A DNA stretch of 44,873 bases from Phoronis australis (lineage: Eukaryota; Animalia; Phoronida). The notes under the pieces were generated by a model. It was not told where the DNA came from, searched no databases, and saw only the letters and a list, made by a program, of their open reading frames with translations. The stretch lies in the NCBI GenBank assembly GCA_002633005.1, contig NMRA01000808.1, forward strand, positions 92,519-137,391. Reading direction: 5' to 3'. The stretch's first letter is position 1. Every line of letters begins with the position of its first letter. Of the stretch, positions 1-12,436 are shown in pieces. Both the position numbers and the translations under genes were made by a program.

Positions 1-374
1 CCTCCCGACCTCCCCCCATTCGGTGCTATGCACATCTACATTCGTGGTTCAGTTTGCGCAAATGCTTCCAACCGGACAAAATGTTGGGCCCCCCCCTTGT
101 GATATCCTAGATCCGCCACTGAAACAAGTATGTTTCAAAATATTGTGTGTCTTTTAATTATGTCGCTAGGTCAGTTACTGTATCTATGTTCAGTTGAGAG
201 TAGAGTTTTGTTCCGAAAGTACGAACGTAACGGAATAAAGACTGTGAACAATGAAAAATGTCATGCATTTAACAAATTCTGTTAACATACTGTAGGAACT
301 AAATTTACAGGTGTTACCATTGAAGTTAGGCTTTAAACTTGATGTGTATACTTTCGTGTGTTGGTTTGATATTT

Positions 375-705
375 TGTGGATTGGCTGCTCACAGTATCTT
401 CTGAAGCATTGTTGCTGAATTTGTATATACATATTACATGCTGTGGACTGGCTGCTCACAGTGACCCCTGAAGCAGTGTTGTTGAATGTGTATATACATA
501 TTACATGCTGTGGATTGGCTGCTCACAGTGACCCCTGAAGCAGTGTTGTTGAATGTGTATATACATATTACATGCTGTGGATTGGCTGCTCACAGTGACC
601 CCTGAAGCAGTGTTGTTGAATGTGTATATACATATTACATGCTGTGGACTGGCTGCTCACAGTGACTCCTGAAGCATTGTTGTTGAATGTGTATATACAT
701 ACATG
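375..705. repeat. Intronic minisatellite, 67-bp unit, about 5 copies
   Basis: ATATTACATG recurs at 431, 498, 565 and 632 (period 67). Confidence 0.9.
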
Positions 706-782
706 CTTCAGATTCATTTTGACAATTTTTTCCTGATGACTTGTCTAACTGAAATGGAGTTGGGACTTGTACCATACTGCAG

Positions 783-1006
783 GTTTGGAGGAGCTGACTT
801 TGAGTGTGAACCCGGCGATCACTACCAAAGGATGGATACAATTCTTTATAGCCCTTGCCTCCACCAACACATTGCGCTCTCTGTGTCTTGATTACAATGG
901 TATTGGGGACTGTGGTGCAGGTTGTTTGGCTGTAGCAGTGGCTGCCAGTAACAGGCTAGAGATCCTAGATCTGGAATCTACAGGCATTACAGACTTCGGA
1001 GCTAAG
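783..1006 (+). CDS. LRRC73: Leucine-rich repeat-containing protein 73-like, penultimate coding exon
   Basis: ctgcAG|783 and 1006|GTtggt; translates GLEELTLSVNPAITTKGW...LDYNGIGD...LAVAVAASNRLEILDLESTGITDFGAK, closely resembling recalled vertebrate LRRC73 (GLKELTLSANPGITPKGW...LDYNPLGD...LAVAVASSRTLEVLDLEGTGLT). Confidence 0.85.
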
Positions 1007-2253
1007 GTTGGTGTTGCAAAATAGTTTGTGTCTGGTATATATTGTTTCTGTGGAAATGACGATGCAGTTTGATGGTATAAACATTTAATAATGCTATAAT
1101 TCATAAATTTATTAAGTGCATTTCACAAATCACAATTTAGGGAAGTTGTGTATCAGATTTTTTCAATTTGTTCTTGTTTAACCTATTCAATTAATAATTT
1201 CTATAGAATCATATGATATTTATGCTTTCCAATATTAGAAATTATGACATATTTGCACCTTAAAGTGACATAGAAACAATGCTGCATTTCATACTTATAC
1301 TTGGTCAGTTCTGTCAGATGATCCTCAAGATGTCCCTTGATGACACACTTGCATGTGAGCTGGAACAAGTCCATCCTGCTTCCCACCCCTTTGTCGCCCC
1401 TCATCTGCCCTCGCCAAAGTAATTAGTCAAAAGTAACCTTTTGTGTTGGCTTTGAGGCGTCACCTTGTACACTGATTACATCAGACTACTTGTGAGGACT
1501 TGTTTTTCTTGACATTGGACTTTCTTTACAAATGGGAGTGTCATACAATGAATCTAACACTCCCATGAATGCTTTTCTTTGCTGAATATTATGTGATCAT
1601 ACCTGCAATTAATTCAGAGTGTTTCTCCATAACGAAGCTGTAAAAACTGTGAACAATCCTGTGTTTTTGGTGAGGATCTTTGCAGTTATAAAACATTTTA
1701 AAGCCAAGAGTCTGAGTGAGCTGAAAGTGATATTAACTTTGAGGAAACATTTCCTCATTGGAAGGGAACTTGTTGCACTGATAAAGCAGATTTTTGCATG
1801 ATTTAAAAATATTTTTAGAGGGAATGAGCCTAGCATTTGATTGGAACTTTAAGGCGTAGGTTGCCTCAAAAGAGTCGTGGTGTACTGGGTTGGCGAAGGC
1901 GACTTGCAGATGTTGGGCAAAGTGAAACGAGAAACATCTCTGATTTAGGGATTAAAATAGGCTAATTCAATTAGCAATTCTTATTTCTTGAAAGAAAGCA
2001 TATTCTTAATTGCTTTGATCATTGTAAATCAAGGAATTGACAAACATGTTGCCTTTGATGGATTGTGGATATCTTTCATGCTTTGTACAAGTCAATGCAT
2101 TTACTAAGTGGATGAGTTATTTGAGTATAGTTTAGGTTGTGCCGGTCATGATGAGATTATTTATAACATTGGCTTCAAGTCATTAATTTTTTTTTCTCTT
2201 GGTAGAGGTTTTCATATGTCTCAACAAGATACCTTACTCCTTTCTATTTCCAG

Positions 2254-2727
2254 ATATTTCTTCACTTGTTAGCCAACTACCCAGTTCCACTGAAGCAGGT
2301 GGTTTTAACAGAAAATCGAATTCGACAGGAAACAATCACAGCCATCAATAGCTTTCTGGATAATGTTGAAAATGAAAGCGAAATCTCCGACAGCCAAAGC
2401 ACATCTAGTAAGACCTCTTGGACAGAATCCAGTTCCACTCAAACCAACAGCAGAAGGTCCTCAACAAGTACTGTGAAGGGCTCTGATACGTCATCACAAA
2501 AATTTACGGTGAAATCACAGAGTGACGCGAATGATGCTGTGACACCTACTGTGGACTTCACTGAGGTGTGCGACGACAACCGTGTATCTGAACGAGAACA
2601 TGGGAAGGAGACAATTGAGCATGACTTTCAAGGGCTGACTGTACGTCATAACTCTAATGGAGACGAGGATAATGACGACGTGTGTTATGCTGGAAATGTT
2701 GAAGCTGAGGAACAAACACTGAGCTAG
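2254..2727 (+). CDS. LRRC73: LRRC73-like terminal coding exon (LRR end plus Ser/Thr/acidic low-complexity tail)
   Basis: Pyrimidine tract tttctatttccAG|2254, in phase with the previous exon; IFLHLLANYPVPLKQVVLTENRI resembles LRRC73 ..NYPTALRSLVLAENSI; TAG at 2725-2727. Confidence 0.8.
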   Translation: MFLHLLANYPVPLKQVVLTENRIRQETITAINSFLDNVENESEISDSQSTSSKTSWTESSSTQTNSRRSSTSTVKGSDTSSQKFTVKSQSDANDAVTPTVDFTEVCDDNRVSEREHGKETIEHDFQGLTVRHNSNGDEDNDDVCYAGNVEAEEQTLS

Positions 2728-2935
2728 TGAAATCTTTATTCATGATATGAGACCACATGTGTTTGGGTGGGTGAATATTGCCTCCATCTGCTCATTATGA
2801 ATGAGGAAATGTTCAGCATCCATTGAATGTTGTAACTCTCGTTTATGAAACATTTTTCCTATAAGCTGCTAATAATTTTCTATCAAGGTTATGTAATGAT
2901 GTCTTGTGGCTTGGTAATGATGTATTTGTAGTTAT

Positions 2936-3435
2936 CAAGGCTTGGAATTTTCCGCGGAAACGCGGATTTCCGCTTTTTTCAAATGTTCTGTCCGCGCATT
3001 TTATTATATTTCCGCGTAAAAAAAATTGGATTTGATATAAAATTTCCGCGGCAAATTCCTTTCTTACCGCGGCGTTGCCGAAGACTTTCACCTCGAAAAG
3101 TGGAAGTTGCTCTTTATGTTTCGGAGGAACGTAAATTGTCAACATTGCCGGGGCATCTGGGATAGCGTGGTGGGATTTTCAATGGCGTCTCGTGTGATTG
3201 TAAACCGTGGTGACAAATACTACGGCTCTGCAGCCAAAACTGTGTGGGGGTGGGAGTGGACGGACGAGCTAAAAAGACGCAGACGCATGCTACTGATGGT
3301 GGTAACGTTTTTTTTTAGTCCTCCCGATTTTTGTCGGCAAAAGGTTCACATAGACTAATTCAAGGCTGGGTAGCGCGCATGTTTTGGGCCGTCAAAGTTT
3401 CCGCGTTTTTTTGTCATTGGCCATTCCAAGCCCTG
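2936..3435. mobile_element. Non-autonomous hAT-like MITE, about 500 bp, with a 6-bp target-site duplication
   Basis: Terminal inverted repeats CAAGGCTTGGAA / TTCCAAGCCCTG (11/12 match); AGTTAT at both 2930-2935 and 3436-3441; subterminal (TT)CCGCG repeats. Confidence 0.75.
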
Positions 3436-5169
3436 AGTTATGTAATGATACCTTGTGGTTATGCAATGATGCCTTGTGGACTGTTGTTCATGTCATTACA
3501 GAGTGTTCATTTAGGTTATGTAATGATGTTTTGCGGACTTTGGTTAATATCCTTATAATATGTTTTCAATGTTATTAGAGGTATTTACAAAATGCTTTTA
3601 TTACCCTGCAGTGATTAAGATCAGATTGTATTTATACCAGGTTCTAAAATCTGCTAGCACTGAAATCTTTTCTGCAAAATGTATTTCAGCTATTTGAACA
3701 GTTTTTGCTAATATGCAAACAGGAATTAACCCATGTCAGTTTATTGATCAGAGTACCTAATATTTGCTTTTTTGATTAAATTTACATGGAAATTAATTAA
3801 AGCATTGCTGTACGTGCTTCTACTGTGTTAATGTTTAATTAATTTTGCTTCCTTTATGTGCTACTAAAACACTGATTAGATTACGCATTCCGCCATATTT
3901 TTGTTTGTGACCAATCCTGAAAAACGAGTTCTCTCGCCTGTTTGAGTCCACAATATGATCATTTACTTCTCGGGAACCCAATGGTCGTCCGCCTAAGCAT
4001 AAAACTGGCTTATTGTCGTACTCACCCAATTATTCCATTTCAAAGTTATGCTCTGAATAGGATTTGATTCAACTCTTACAAATATCTAATATTCGTTAAT
4101 TCAAACGTTTTCTTTTACTTAAGCCGAGTTGTTCAACTGTGCATTGCTTTTCGGCAGCCATTTTATAATGACTCCTATGGTCATCATATGCTGCAGCCTT
4201 TTGAAAGAACAGAAAACCACACAGAAAAAGGCCAAGAAAATAGTGGAAAGTGGTTTGTAGCAACTCTACTTCAACCACAAACTGTTTTACTAGTATGATA
4301 TCGATTTTTAAATCGATTAAAATTGATTTAGAATTTCAGTTCTGGAAAATAAATCGCAGTTTCTTTTATTCCAGATAGACCTTACTTATTTTGTATTTGT
4401 GACCTCTTTATTTGACTTTTTGCTCTTGTTGTTCTTAACACCACTTATCTCTGCTGTCCTTTTCCTTTTCAGTTTCTCTTCATTCTCTGTTAACACCTTG
4501 TCAGCCAGAACAGAACTGTAACCCTTTAAGACTTTGTTGGCACAAGATGATCATTGAACCTCAATACAATTGTTCTAATAAATTACCCATAATCGTATTG
4601 TTTGATTTTTTCTCATCTTTAACAGGCTTCTGCAATCATAAATCAATAAATAAATACCCAAGTCGCATTTGAATTTTATTGCTCAATCTCTTATTTTTGA
4701 TTATGTGATGCTGTGTTGTATGTAACAATGCAATATAGTGAAATAAAGTCAATGTTTTACTTTATTGGTGGCCATTCTCTATCAATTCAAGTATTTTAAT
4801 TTTCTTCAAATAAATTCAAAATGCTTTAATCAAAAATTTCAACATAAATTTTGAGCTCAGTACTTTGTTTTGCAATAAAAAACAAGTGGACAATATTTTG
4901 ATGACCAAGGCGTGGGCCGAAACTGTTAAGCACCCAGCGTGTTCCATTTGTCTGCTGCTTTTTTCCTTTGGCCTAACAGGTGTCGGTTAGTGCCTAGGAC
5001 AAATAGATACATTGCATAAACAATCCCCGAGTTACTTTTTGTTCCGTCTGAAGAAAATTTAATTTCGAAAATATCTTCTGAAAATGAACAAAAAAGTGCA
5101 TTAGTAAAATCTATAAGTTTTTAAGTGGTCTAAAAAAACAGTCGGCAAATGCATTAATTTTAGTCTCAG

Positions 5170-5310
5170 TTCTTCCATGCGTGTTTCTCCCGAGAGGTTA
5201 GTACCTAACGTGCAGACGAGCACTCCAAATTGGAACGTTAAGTCCCGCGTGGCTGCGCTGCACGCGAAAGAAGATGGCGGACGACCCTTGGAGCCTGACG
5301 ACGATAGGTA
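5170..5310 (+). promoter_or_regulatory. Putative promoter/first-exon-like CpG-rich island with YY1-type AAGATGGCGG motif
   Basis: AAGATGGCGG at 5271-5280, ATG at 5274, possible donor AG|GTAT at 5307; strongly conserved in the duplicate copy (about 18435-18585). Confidence 0.4.
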
Positions 5311-6854
5311 TCCGGACTATAATGGTTTATTATAGTAATTCTATGAGCAATTAGCAAGAAAGACATTCTGCTGATTTCTAGAGTAAATCGCACCGTAGCT
5401 TTAGAAAAGATATGTTACACTAATTGAATCAACTGCAAATACGAATGGATGGCATGCTCTTTTTCAGGGATATTTAACCTTAGTGCAGAACATTTAAAAA
5501 TCTAGGCATCGCCTTTGTTTCGCTGTCAATGTTTTAAGCGAAGTATTTTGGGTTTAAAAAAATGCAACGCTCATCCTATGTCCTGTGTTTTATCACGTTG
5601 AGTCTCTTATGGTCTCCATATTCTTGTTGCCCAACGGAAATAACATCTCATCGTGGTAGTTGATTTCATGAAAACAAGACATATAATTCGATAACTGTGC
5701 GAAATGCTTCTTTATGTATGTTTATTTGTAGCCTTGAGGTAATAGAGATTTTTACAAGGTTAACAAATTTTCGGAGACCGCCCTTTCGGTTACAGTTTTT
5801 CTGACTCTTCATTTGTTATTCAGTGGATCTACGTCAACAGCTCTACTAAGCAAGCCCTTGATTCGTAAGCTGGAATGCTGATTTGCAATCCAATGAAAAT
5901 ATTAGTAATACCGGCGTTCTATGAGTAATCTACAGTTTCTAAGTGATAATTTCCTCCTTCATATGGCACAGCGAATTAAGTAAACGCATTATTACTTTCC
6001 GTGCACATCAGACGTTTTTTCCACAAGAAACAACTACCTTGCAAGTCTGTGATCAATTTCATTGCAGTCTGCGCGTTTTACATTCTAAAGGTAAAGTTTT
6101 GTGAAGGCCTCCATCTAATTGCGTACATTACAGTCCAATGAATAGGTGCTCCTCGCCGTGGAAGTTTCACTTGGATTCAGAGTAGTCAGCTGTTGTAGTT
6201 GCGTGGTCCCTATCCAATTACCACGGCCTAGTATAAGCTACCACCTACACCCTTATCGGAATCTGAAAGTAAAGGAAAACTGTTTTGTTTGATCCGCATA
6301 ACCAATCACTAAAAGGATCTTTTACGGGCAATGGCCGCATCTACTGGTGTCGCTTTCAAAGATTGTTACGTTGCAACTTTTAAAAAAGACCAAGAGTGGA
6401 GGTTCCCGGACCACGTAGATCGGATCGCTTCGGAATCTATACGCCTTTCTGTGCTTTTCAGCGTTTCCAAGGGTTAAGGAGACACAATCAGACCCGGGAA
6501 CATAAAGTGTTACTACAAGAAATCTTCCTTAGTAAAAGTCTGGGGTTCGTGTACAAACTAACAAGGACAGTATTATGTTCAAATGACGGAAGGTAGACGA
6601 GATTTTCACCCAACACAATCAAAGAGTACTGTCACAGTAGGCCTAGTTGCTTGCACCTGACAACAGATCGTTGTCAGTCATTTGAACAAGTTAGCTTTTG
6701 AAAATAATGATGCATGTTTAGAAGTATACGAGTAAGGTCTGCTTTAGAACAAGCCATTCATTCATAAATGACGTAATACTAAATTCGTTCTTTCTTAGTT
6801 GTCGTGTGATATTTCACCTTTTTGGTAAAATATTAGCTGTTTTCAACATCTCTT

Positions 6855-7600
6855 GTGGCGCTTCTTATTGTCCATCTTTCCAGAGATTATTATTTTATCT
6901 TTATGTTATCTGTACACTCATATTTCTGTACCTTATCAGTCATAATAAATGACCTTGTATCGCCTATACACGGTCTCTTTTTATCTCTGGAAACGAAGCT
7001 TGCGACGCACCTATTATTTTCGGGACATACATCGAACATAAAGGCTATTTCACTCGTTAAATATGTTTATGTGAGAATATGGACTCGTCCCACTTGTACC
7101 CCCATCTTTCGGACTGGTCCATTAACCTCTTGTGTAGATTCGCATGCGGTCCTCCTGCACTCGCGGCACTAGGACATTCCATTTCCAGCCTCACTATTGG
7201 TTCGTTTGTGTTACTGCAACGAGTTTGGTCAGCTCCTGGCTCCCATAGGCTGATGATTGTCACGTGTCATAGGGCTCCTTTGTTCTCAGTAAAGTTATAT
7301 TTCCTACCATCAGTACTTGGCTTTAGCAGCGCTTAGGTTTGAGTCTAATCTCTCTTCATTTTTTCCCACCCTCTGCCACCCTCTCTTTTGGGTGGTTCCT
7401 CTTACCTTAGTTCTGGCGCTTTTTATTGCCCATCTTTCCAGAGATTATTATTTTATCTTTATGTTATCAGTATACTCATATTTCTGTACCTTATCAATCA
7501 TAATAAATGACCTTATATCGCCTATACACGGTCTCCTTTTATCTCTGGAAACGGAGCTTGCGACGCACCTATTATTGTCGGAACATACTTCGAACATAAA
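6855..7600. repeat. Local direct duplication of about 190 bp (6855-7045 and 7415-7600)
   Basis: Near-identical blocks GGCGCT..TTATTG.CCATCTTTCCAGAGATTATT...CGAACATAAA. Confidence 0.85.
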
Positions 7601-7767
7601 TATTTCCACTTACTGCCAGTTGTTGCCTTGGTTGCTAGTGCCCTTGCGCTGCTTTTAAGTTTCCTCAGTATATCCATGAAACTTCTGGTCCTCTCTATAA
7701 CCCAGGCGTCAGCTGTTGACTGTAGGAGAATTAAACAAACCAGTAGTATCACCCATGAGCTCTTCAT
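7522..7767 (-). CDS. Candidate small secreted cationic peptide precursor (unknown family)
   Basis: MKSSWVILLVCLILLQSTADA looks like a signal peptide with an AxA site; A at -3 of the ATG; upstream acceptor ttttgcatccagttctccAG; possible in-frame 69-nt GTAAGT..tttccAG intron at 7613-7545. Confidence 0.5.
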   Translation of the reverse strand: MKSSWVILLVCLILLQSTADAWVIERTRSFMDILRKLKSSARALATKATTGSKWKYLCSKYVPTIIGASQAPFPEIKGDRV

Positions 7768-7939
7768 CGTGCTTTCTACTCTGGAGAACTGGATGCAAAA
7801 TGACTCACGCGTTGCAAGTTGCTGTGTTTTGTAGGCCTACCAATGTCTACTGACGAAATCTGATACGGTTCGTAAACATTATGTATGTCAGCTGACACTT
7901 ATCTATAGTGATGCCCAGTAGAAGATATGCCATTCCGGT

Positions 7940-8445
7940 AAACTAATGCATGACTTAACCTTCTGGAACTATATTTGTGTCACAATACCAAGCAGCTTTA
8001 GCCATAACAGGAGCATACAAAGGATCCAACACTAGCAAGGTTCTAAATATTCTTAACTGGAGCAAACTAGCAACCTGTCGTAAACTCCCCCTGTCCATAC
8101 ATTCAAAGTCTTAAACGATATAAACAATTATTCAAACAAAACCCTCTTTAACTCCTACAAAAGACTTAACACAAGACCTGGACTGCGGCAAAGTACTATA
8201 TACATTGTANATACCATCTTCCATCAGCCAAGCCTTCAGGAGATCTACGATATTAACTTGCATTGACAACAGGAATTCCTTGCCATCTAACTTAAAAGAA
8301 AACACTTCAATCGCCACTCTCAAAAATAAGTTTAAACTGCTTACCACTACTCAAGACTTGCCAGTCCCATTCACATCATTCCACTTCATCGTAACCATGA
8401 AATAATCCTGTACAGATCAAGATGCGGATTATTCCTAAAGAACGA
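7940..8445 (+). mobile_element. Degenerate 3' fragment of a CR1/L2-like LINE
   Basis: Decayed peptide AYKGSNTSKVLNILNWSKLATCRKL..NSLPSNLKENTSIATLKNKFK resembles CR1-group ORF2 C-termini; absent from the duplicate copy. Confidence 0.4.
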
Positions 8446-11400
8446 CAAATTTAGACATAATTTTAATAATATTTCACCTCTCAGTGTGTTCCTATGGAGA
8501 CACTAGGACATATGCTGGCATGTTTTCTTTTCTTGCACAGTATGCGGGGAGCAGAGGGTACAGCTTTTCCAGACACTCGAACAACACCCCAATGTTAACA
8601 AAAATAATCAGATATTCTTCAAATGTATAACAAAACCTTTTTTTTCTAAATAGATGTGAAGAACTTGACGCAAGTGAAAATAAGGTTTAAATTTATTCCA
8701 AATAGCATTAAAATTTCTTTTTAATATTGAATATCTTTGTGTGAGTGGATAAAATTGTACACATGTAAAATAAGTTATTGTGTATGGAAATGATTCACTT
8801 ACATTCGTAATCATATGTCATTGTAATCATAACCTTAGTTTTTTAATTAATGTATTGTGTATAATAAATGTATATTGATTTCTTTGTACGTATTTAACCT
8901 AGATACAATGCCTCTTGGCGCTTTCTAGGTATGCATATTTATTGTACTGAATATTCCATAATAAACATTTTTAAAAAGTTGTGTGACGTCACAATTTTCG
9001 TTTCAGGTTTTCATTTCAGTGGATTGTACACGCGAAGGCGTATTCGATAAGTAAACGTTGCGTTTTCACTAGTGTGGGCAGGGCCTTGGTTATATATTTG
9101 AAGACGTAATTTGTGTAAACGTTCAACAATTTTTTACTAAATTAACAGAATAATAGTCCACAGATTATGCATATGATGGGGGTATTCTTCTTCAGTGCTC
9201 CTGCCCATGTAGCTTAGATAGTCAGTCTGGTTTTCTGAGCGAAGTCTGCAGTTTGCCGCAATGACGCCGTCGGGCCCCACAGTTTTACTTTGAGTTCCAC
9301 CGGACTGGGCCATGTTTGGCGCCTTAGGGTATTGAACGTGGGGCAGCTCTGCAGTAAATGCTCAAGTGCCTGCGGGCCAGTGCCACAGGGACGCTCGTCT
9401 GTGTGAGAGATTTTCAGGCGTTGGATGTGGGAGAGTAGCTTGCAGTGCCTGTTCTTAGCCTGAAGATAGTGACTTGTTCTTGCTGGTCAAGCTGGTGAAT
9501 ATAGTCTCCCCATACGTAGGCGTTCCCTTACAGTATTTCTAAAGTGACTTCGTAGGCAGGATTTTACTTCTCCATATGATGATGGGTGCGCCCTCTGCTT
9601 CAGTTTGCTTCCTGTCTTGGAGAGTCTGTCTGCTTCCTTGTTGCTGCTGATGCAGCAGTGAGAGGGAATCCATTGCAGAACAACACTGGTTTTGCTGCTG
9701 AGAATGTCCATCTCTTGCTTTATGTATTGCAGGACCTGGTCTCTTCATCTCGTCTGGAGGCTCTGCAGGACAGATCGGCAGTGTATGAGGAAGACTGTCT
9801 GATCCGGGAACCGTGCTTGCTGGTTGAGTGTCTGGACTGCGAGCTACAGGGCATTTGCCTCAGCTCTGTAGTTGGTGGAGTGAAGGCCTGTGGCAATGGA
9901 CTTGCGCAGAGAGCTGCCGTCTGGGTATTTGATGAATACACCACCTCCCCCATTTCTGACACCATTCTCGGCAGAGCCATCTGTATAAACTGTAGTCCAG
10001 GTGGTGGTGGGGTAGTCTCTGTCCAATTTTCTAGAGTGAGGGCCTTCAGGACTGCCTCCAGTTGTGTATGCTTTGCTTCAATCCCATGAATGTCGAAAAT
10101 GATGGAAGGAACGTACAGGGACCATTCTTAAAAGTCTAGGAGCATTTCTAGTGGTTGGTTGATTGAGGATAACAGAGGTTGATGTTTCTGCTGAAGTGCC
10201 TTAATGAGATGGTTTGGGCTCTGCCTCTTGGTGCGGTTTTTGGCCAGGAATTGAAGGGCAGTGGATGTGATGGAAGCCGCTCCATCTTTTCGCCCTGTCT
10301 CAGGAGTTTCTCATCCCATCTTTCTTCCAATGAGCTTAAGCCTGTCGTCGTCTCCATTTCTGTGATGGGGTGGTATTCGTGTCTCTTGTGATTAAGCGCA
10401 GACCAGTATTTTTGACCCTGGCTAAGTTGTCTGTTTTGGTTTTGGCAGCTGTAGTTCATGCGTTAGAGACGTACTCCATCTGAGGTCTGACAGATCAAGT
10501 GTAAAGTTGGGTCAAGATCTTCATGTTTGCGCCCCATCTGGTACCAGCCAGTTTTTTTCATCACAGATATTTTCTTAGTAGCTTTGCTGCGCATGGCAGT
10601 AATGTGCGGGGACCAAGTAAGCCTCTTGTCCAGTTTAATTCCAAGGTAGGTTGAGGTTTCTTGGTAGGGAATATTTTGGCCCTGTAGCTGGGGCGATCAG
10701 TCTTCTTTTTTGGAGAGTGGAAAAGCACATGGCATTTGTTTTGGTCCTGTTGACAGTGACCATCCACTCTTTTGCCCCGTTTAGGTTAGTGTCCACGGAT
10801 TCCTGCATTCTGTACACAGATGTGGTAATGTATTCTGCTTTTGTTCATACAGGCAGGTCATCTGCATGGGGAGTGTCCTTGAAATGTGCTTGGACAGGTG
10901 GTCAGTAATGTCATCAATGAAGACAATAAGTAGTGTCGGCGCAATTATGCTGCTATGGGGTACTCCTTCCCTAATCCTCACTATCATACTTGTCTGTCCT
11001 TCCAGCTTTATTGGCGCAGATCTGTGGAAGAGGTAACTGTTAATCCACGCATACATTTTGTCACATACTTGTTTTTGTAGGAGCTCGAGGAGCAACCCTT
11101 CCTTCCAGACTCTGTCGAAGGCTTTAATTAGGTCCCCAAAGACGGCTAGTGCCTTCGTTTTCTGCTGGAAACCATTTTCTAAGCCTTGGCTGAGCAATGT
11201 TATCTTGGTCCTCTGTGCTTCTGTTCTTTCTGAACCCTGACTGGGCGGGGCTAATTATCCTGTTCATTTGTAGGTGATATTGCAGGCGTTTGTTGACCAT
11301 GCGTTCCATGAGTTTTCCTGGACATCTGAGGAGGCTGATGGGGTGATAGCTGCTCTTGCTGTACCAGTCCTTCACCTTCTTTAAGATTGGAATGATTATG

Positions 11401-11614
11401 GCTTCCTTTCAGCTGACTGCAAAAAAACTCAAGCTCCAAGACTGCTTTGTAAATGTCCAGAAGCTTCTGCCAAGGTGTTGAATCACCTCATTTCTGATGC
11501 CGTCCTTTCCGGGTGCCTTCTTGGTCTTGAGATGTCTGATGGAACCGTTCACCTCTTGCATTGTGAAGTCGTTAGTCATACTGGCAGTTTGTTGTTCTTG
11601 CTTCTATCTTAATT

Positions 11615-12436
11615 GCTTAGTCCAGTGGAGAACATCAACAGCATAGAGTGGTTGAAAGCCACAAACTTTGTGATCAACACCATGGAGATTGGAGGCCGTC
11701 ATTGGCGGGAAAGAGCTGACTGTATCAACCAAGCAACTGTATCAGAATGGCTTGAAGAACAATTTCTCACAATCATTATTGCAACGGACGGCTCACTAAG
11801 AGATGACACCACGGCTTGGGCAGCAATTGCTTGGACTCGCGAGGGTCAACGCCTTTTCGAATGGTCAACAGCACGGGTTGGAAAATCCTCGTCTTTTAGA
11901 GCTGAATGTGAAGCATATGAAGACGCCCTAGTCTGGCTCTCACAGAACACAACACCTGCAGACAGATTAATCTACTTACAGACTCCCTCAGCCTCATTAG
12001 CAGGCAAAAACTGGTCATGTGAAAGATTCCTGGATCCCTCTGTTCAGCTCTATTAATGGTCTCTTCACCAGTGTTTATATACCAGGACACTGTGGCATCT
12101 CATTCAACGTCAAGGCGGGTGAGCTTGCAGGCATCGCAGAACCGATTGCCAACCTGCTCCTCACGCCAGCAGATGTAATCTCCAGAGTGCGTGAATCGCT
12201 TACAGATGCCGAGATTGTACAACAGCAGGAGAGATGGGCAACAAAGCGCCTCATAGAGCGAGGATGGCAATACGGAGATGCAACAAAAACTCGTATCAGG
12301 GGAAAAGATCGAAGAGTGTGTAACCAGCACGAACTTGGTTGTATCTCCAAATTTACATTGCGTGCGATACTGGAAGGAGGAGGGCCAGAGACTATCCCGG
12401 TGTCAACCCTCGGACGTCACCACAGAAACAGAAACA
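11615..12436 (+). mobile_element. 5'-truncated RNase H-bearing retroelement nested antisense inside the Ingi-like element
   Basis: IIIATDGS..SSFRAECEAYEDAL..VYIPGHCGISFN RNase H motifs on the + strand; (CAGAAA)2 tail; TAATT duplicated at 11610-11614 and 12437-12441; removing the insert restores the host reading frame. Confidence 0.75.

Noticed and set aside
375-705. CRISPR-like appearance of regularly spaced repeats (also 39331-39753, 41241-41413, 43901-44056)
   Set aside because: Units are contiguous with no unique spacers, the context is eukaryotic intron, and there are no cas genes
6855-7658. Hydrophobic + strand ORFs of 105 and 113 aa
   Set aside because: Non-ATG starts, derived from the AT-rich local duplication, and no splice or homology support
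9586-10089. 167-aa + strand ORF
   Set aside because: Antisense shadow of the LINE RNase H region
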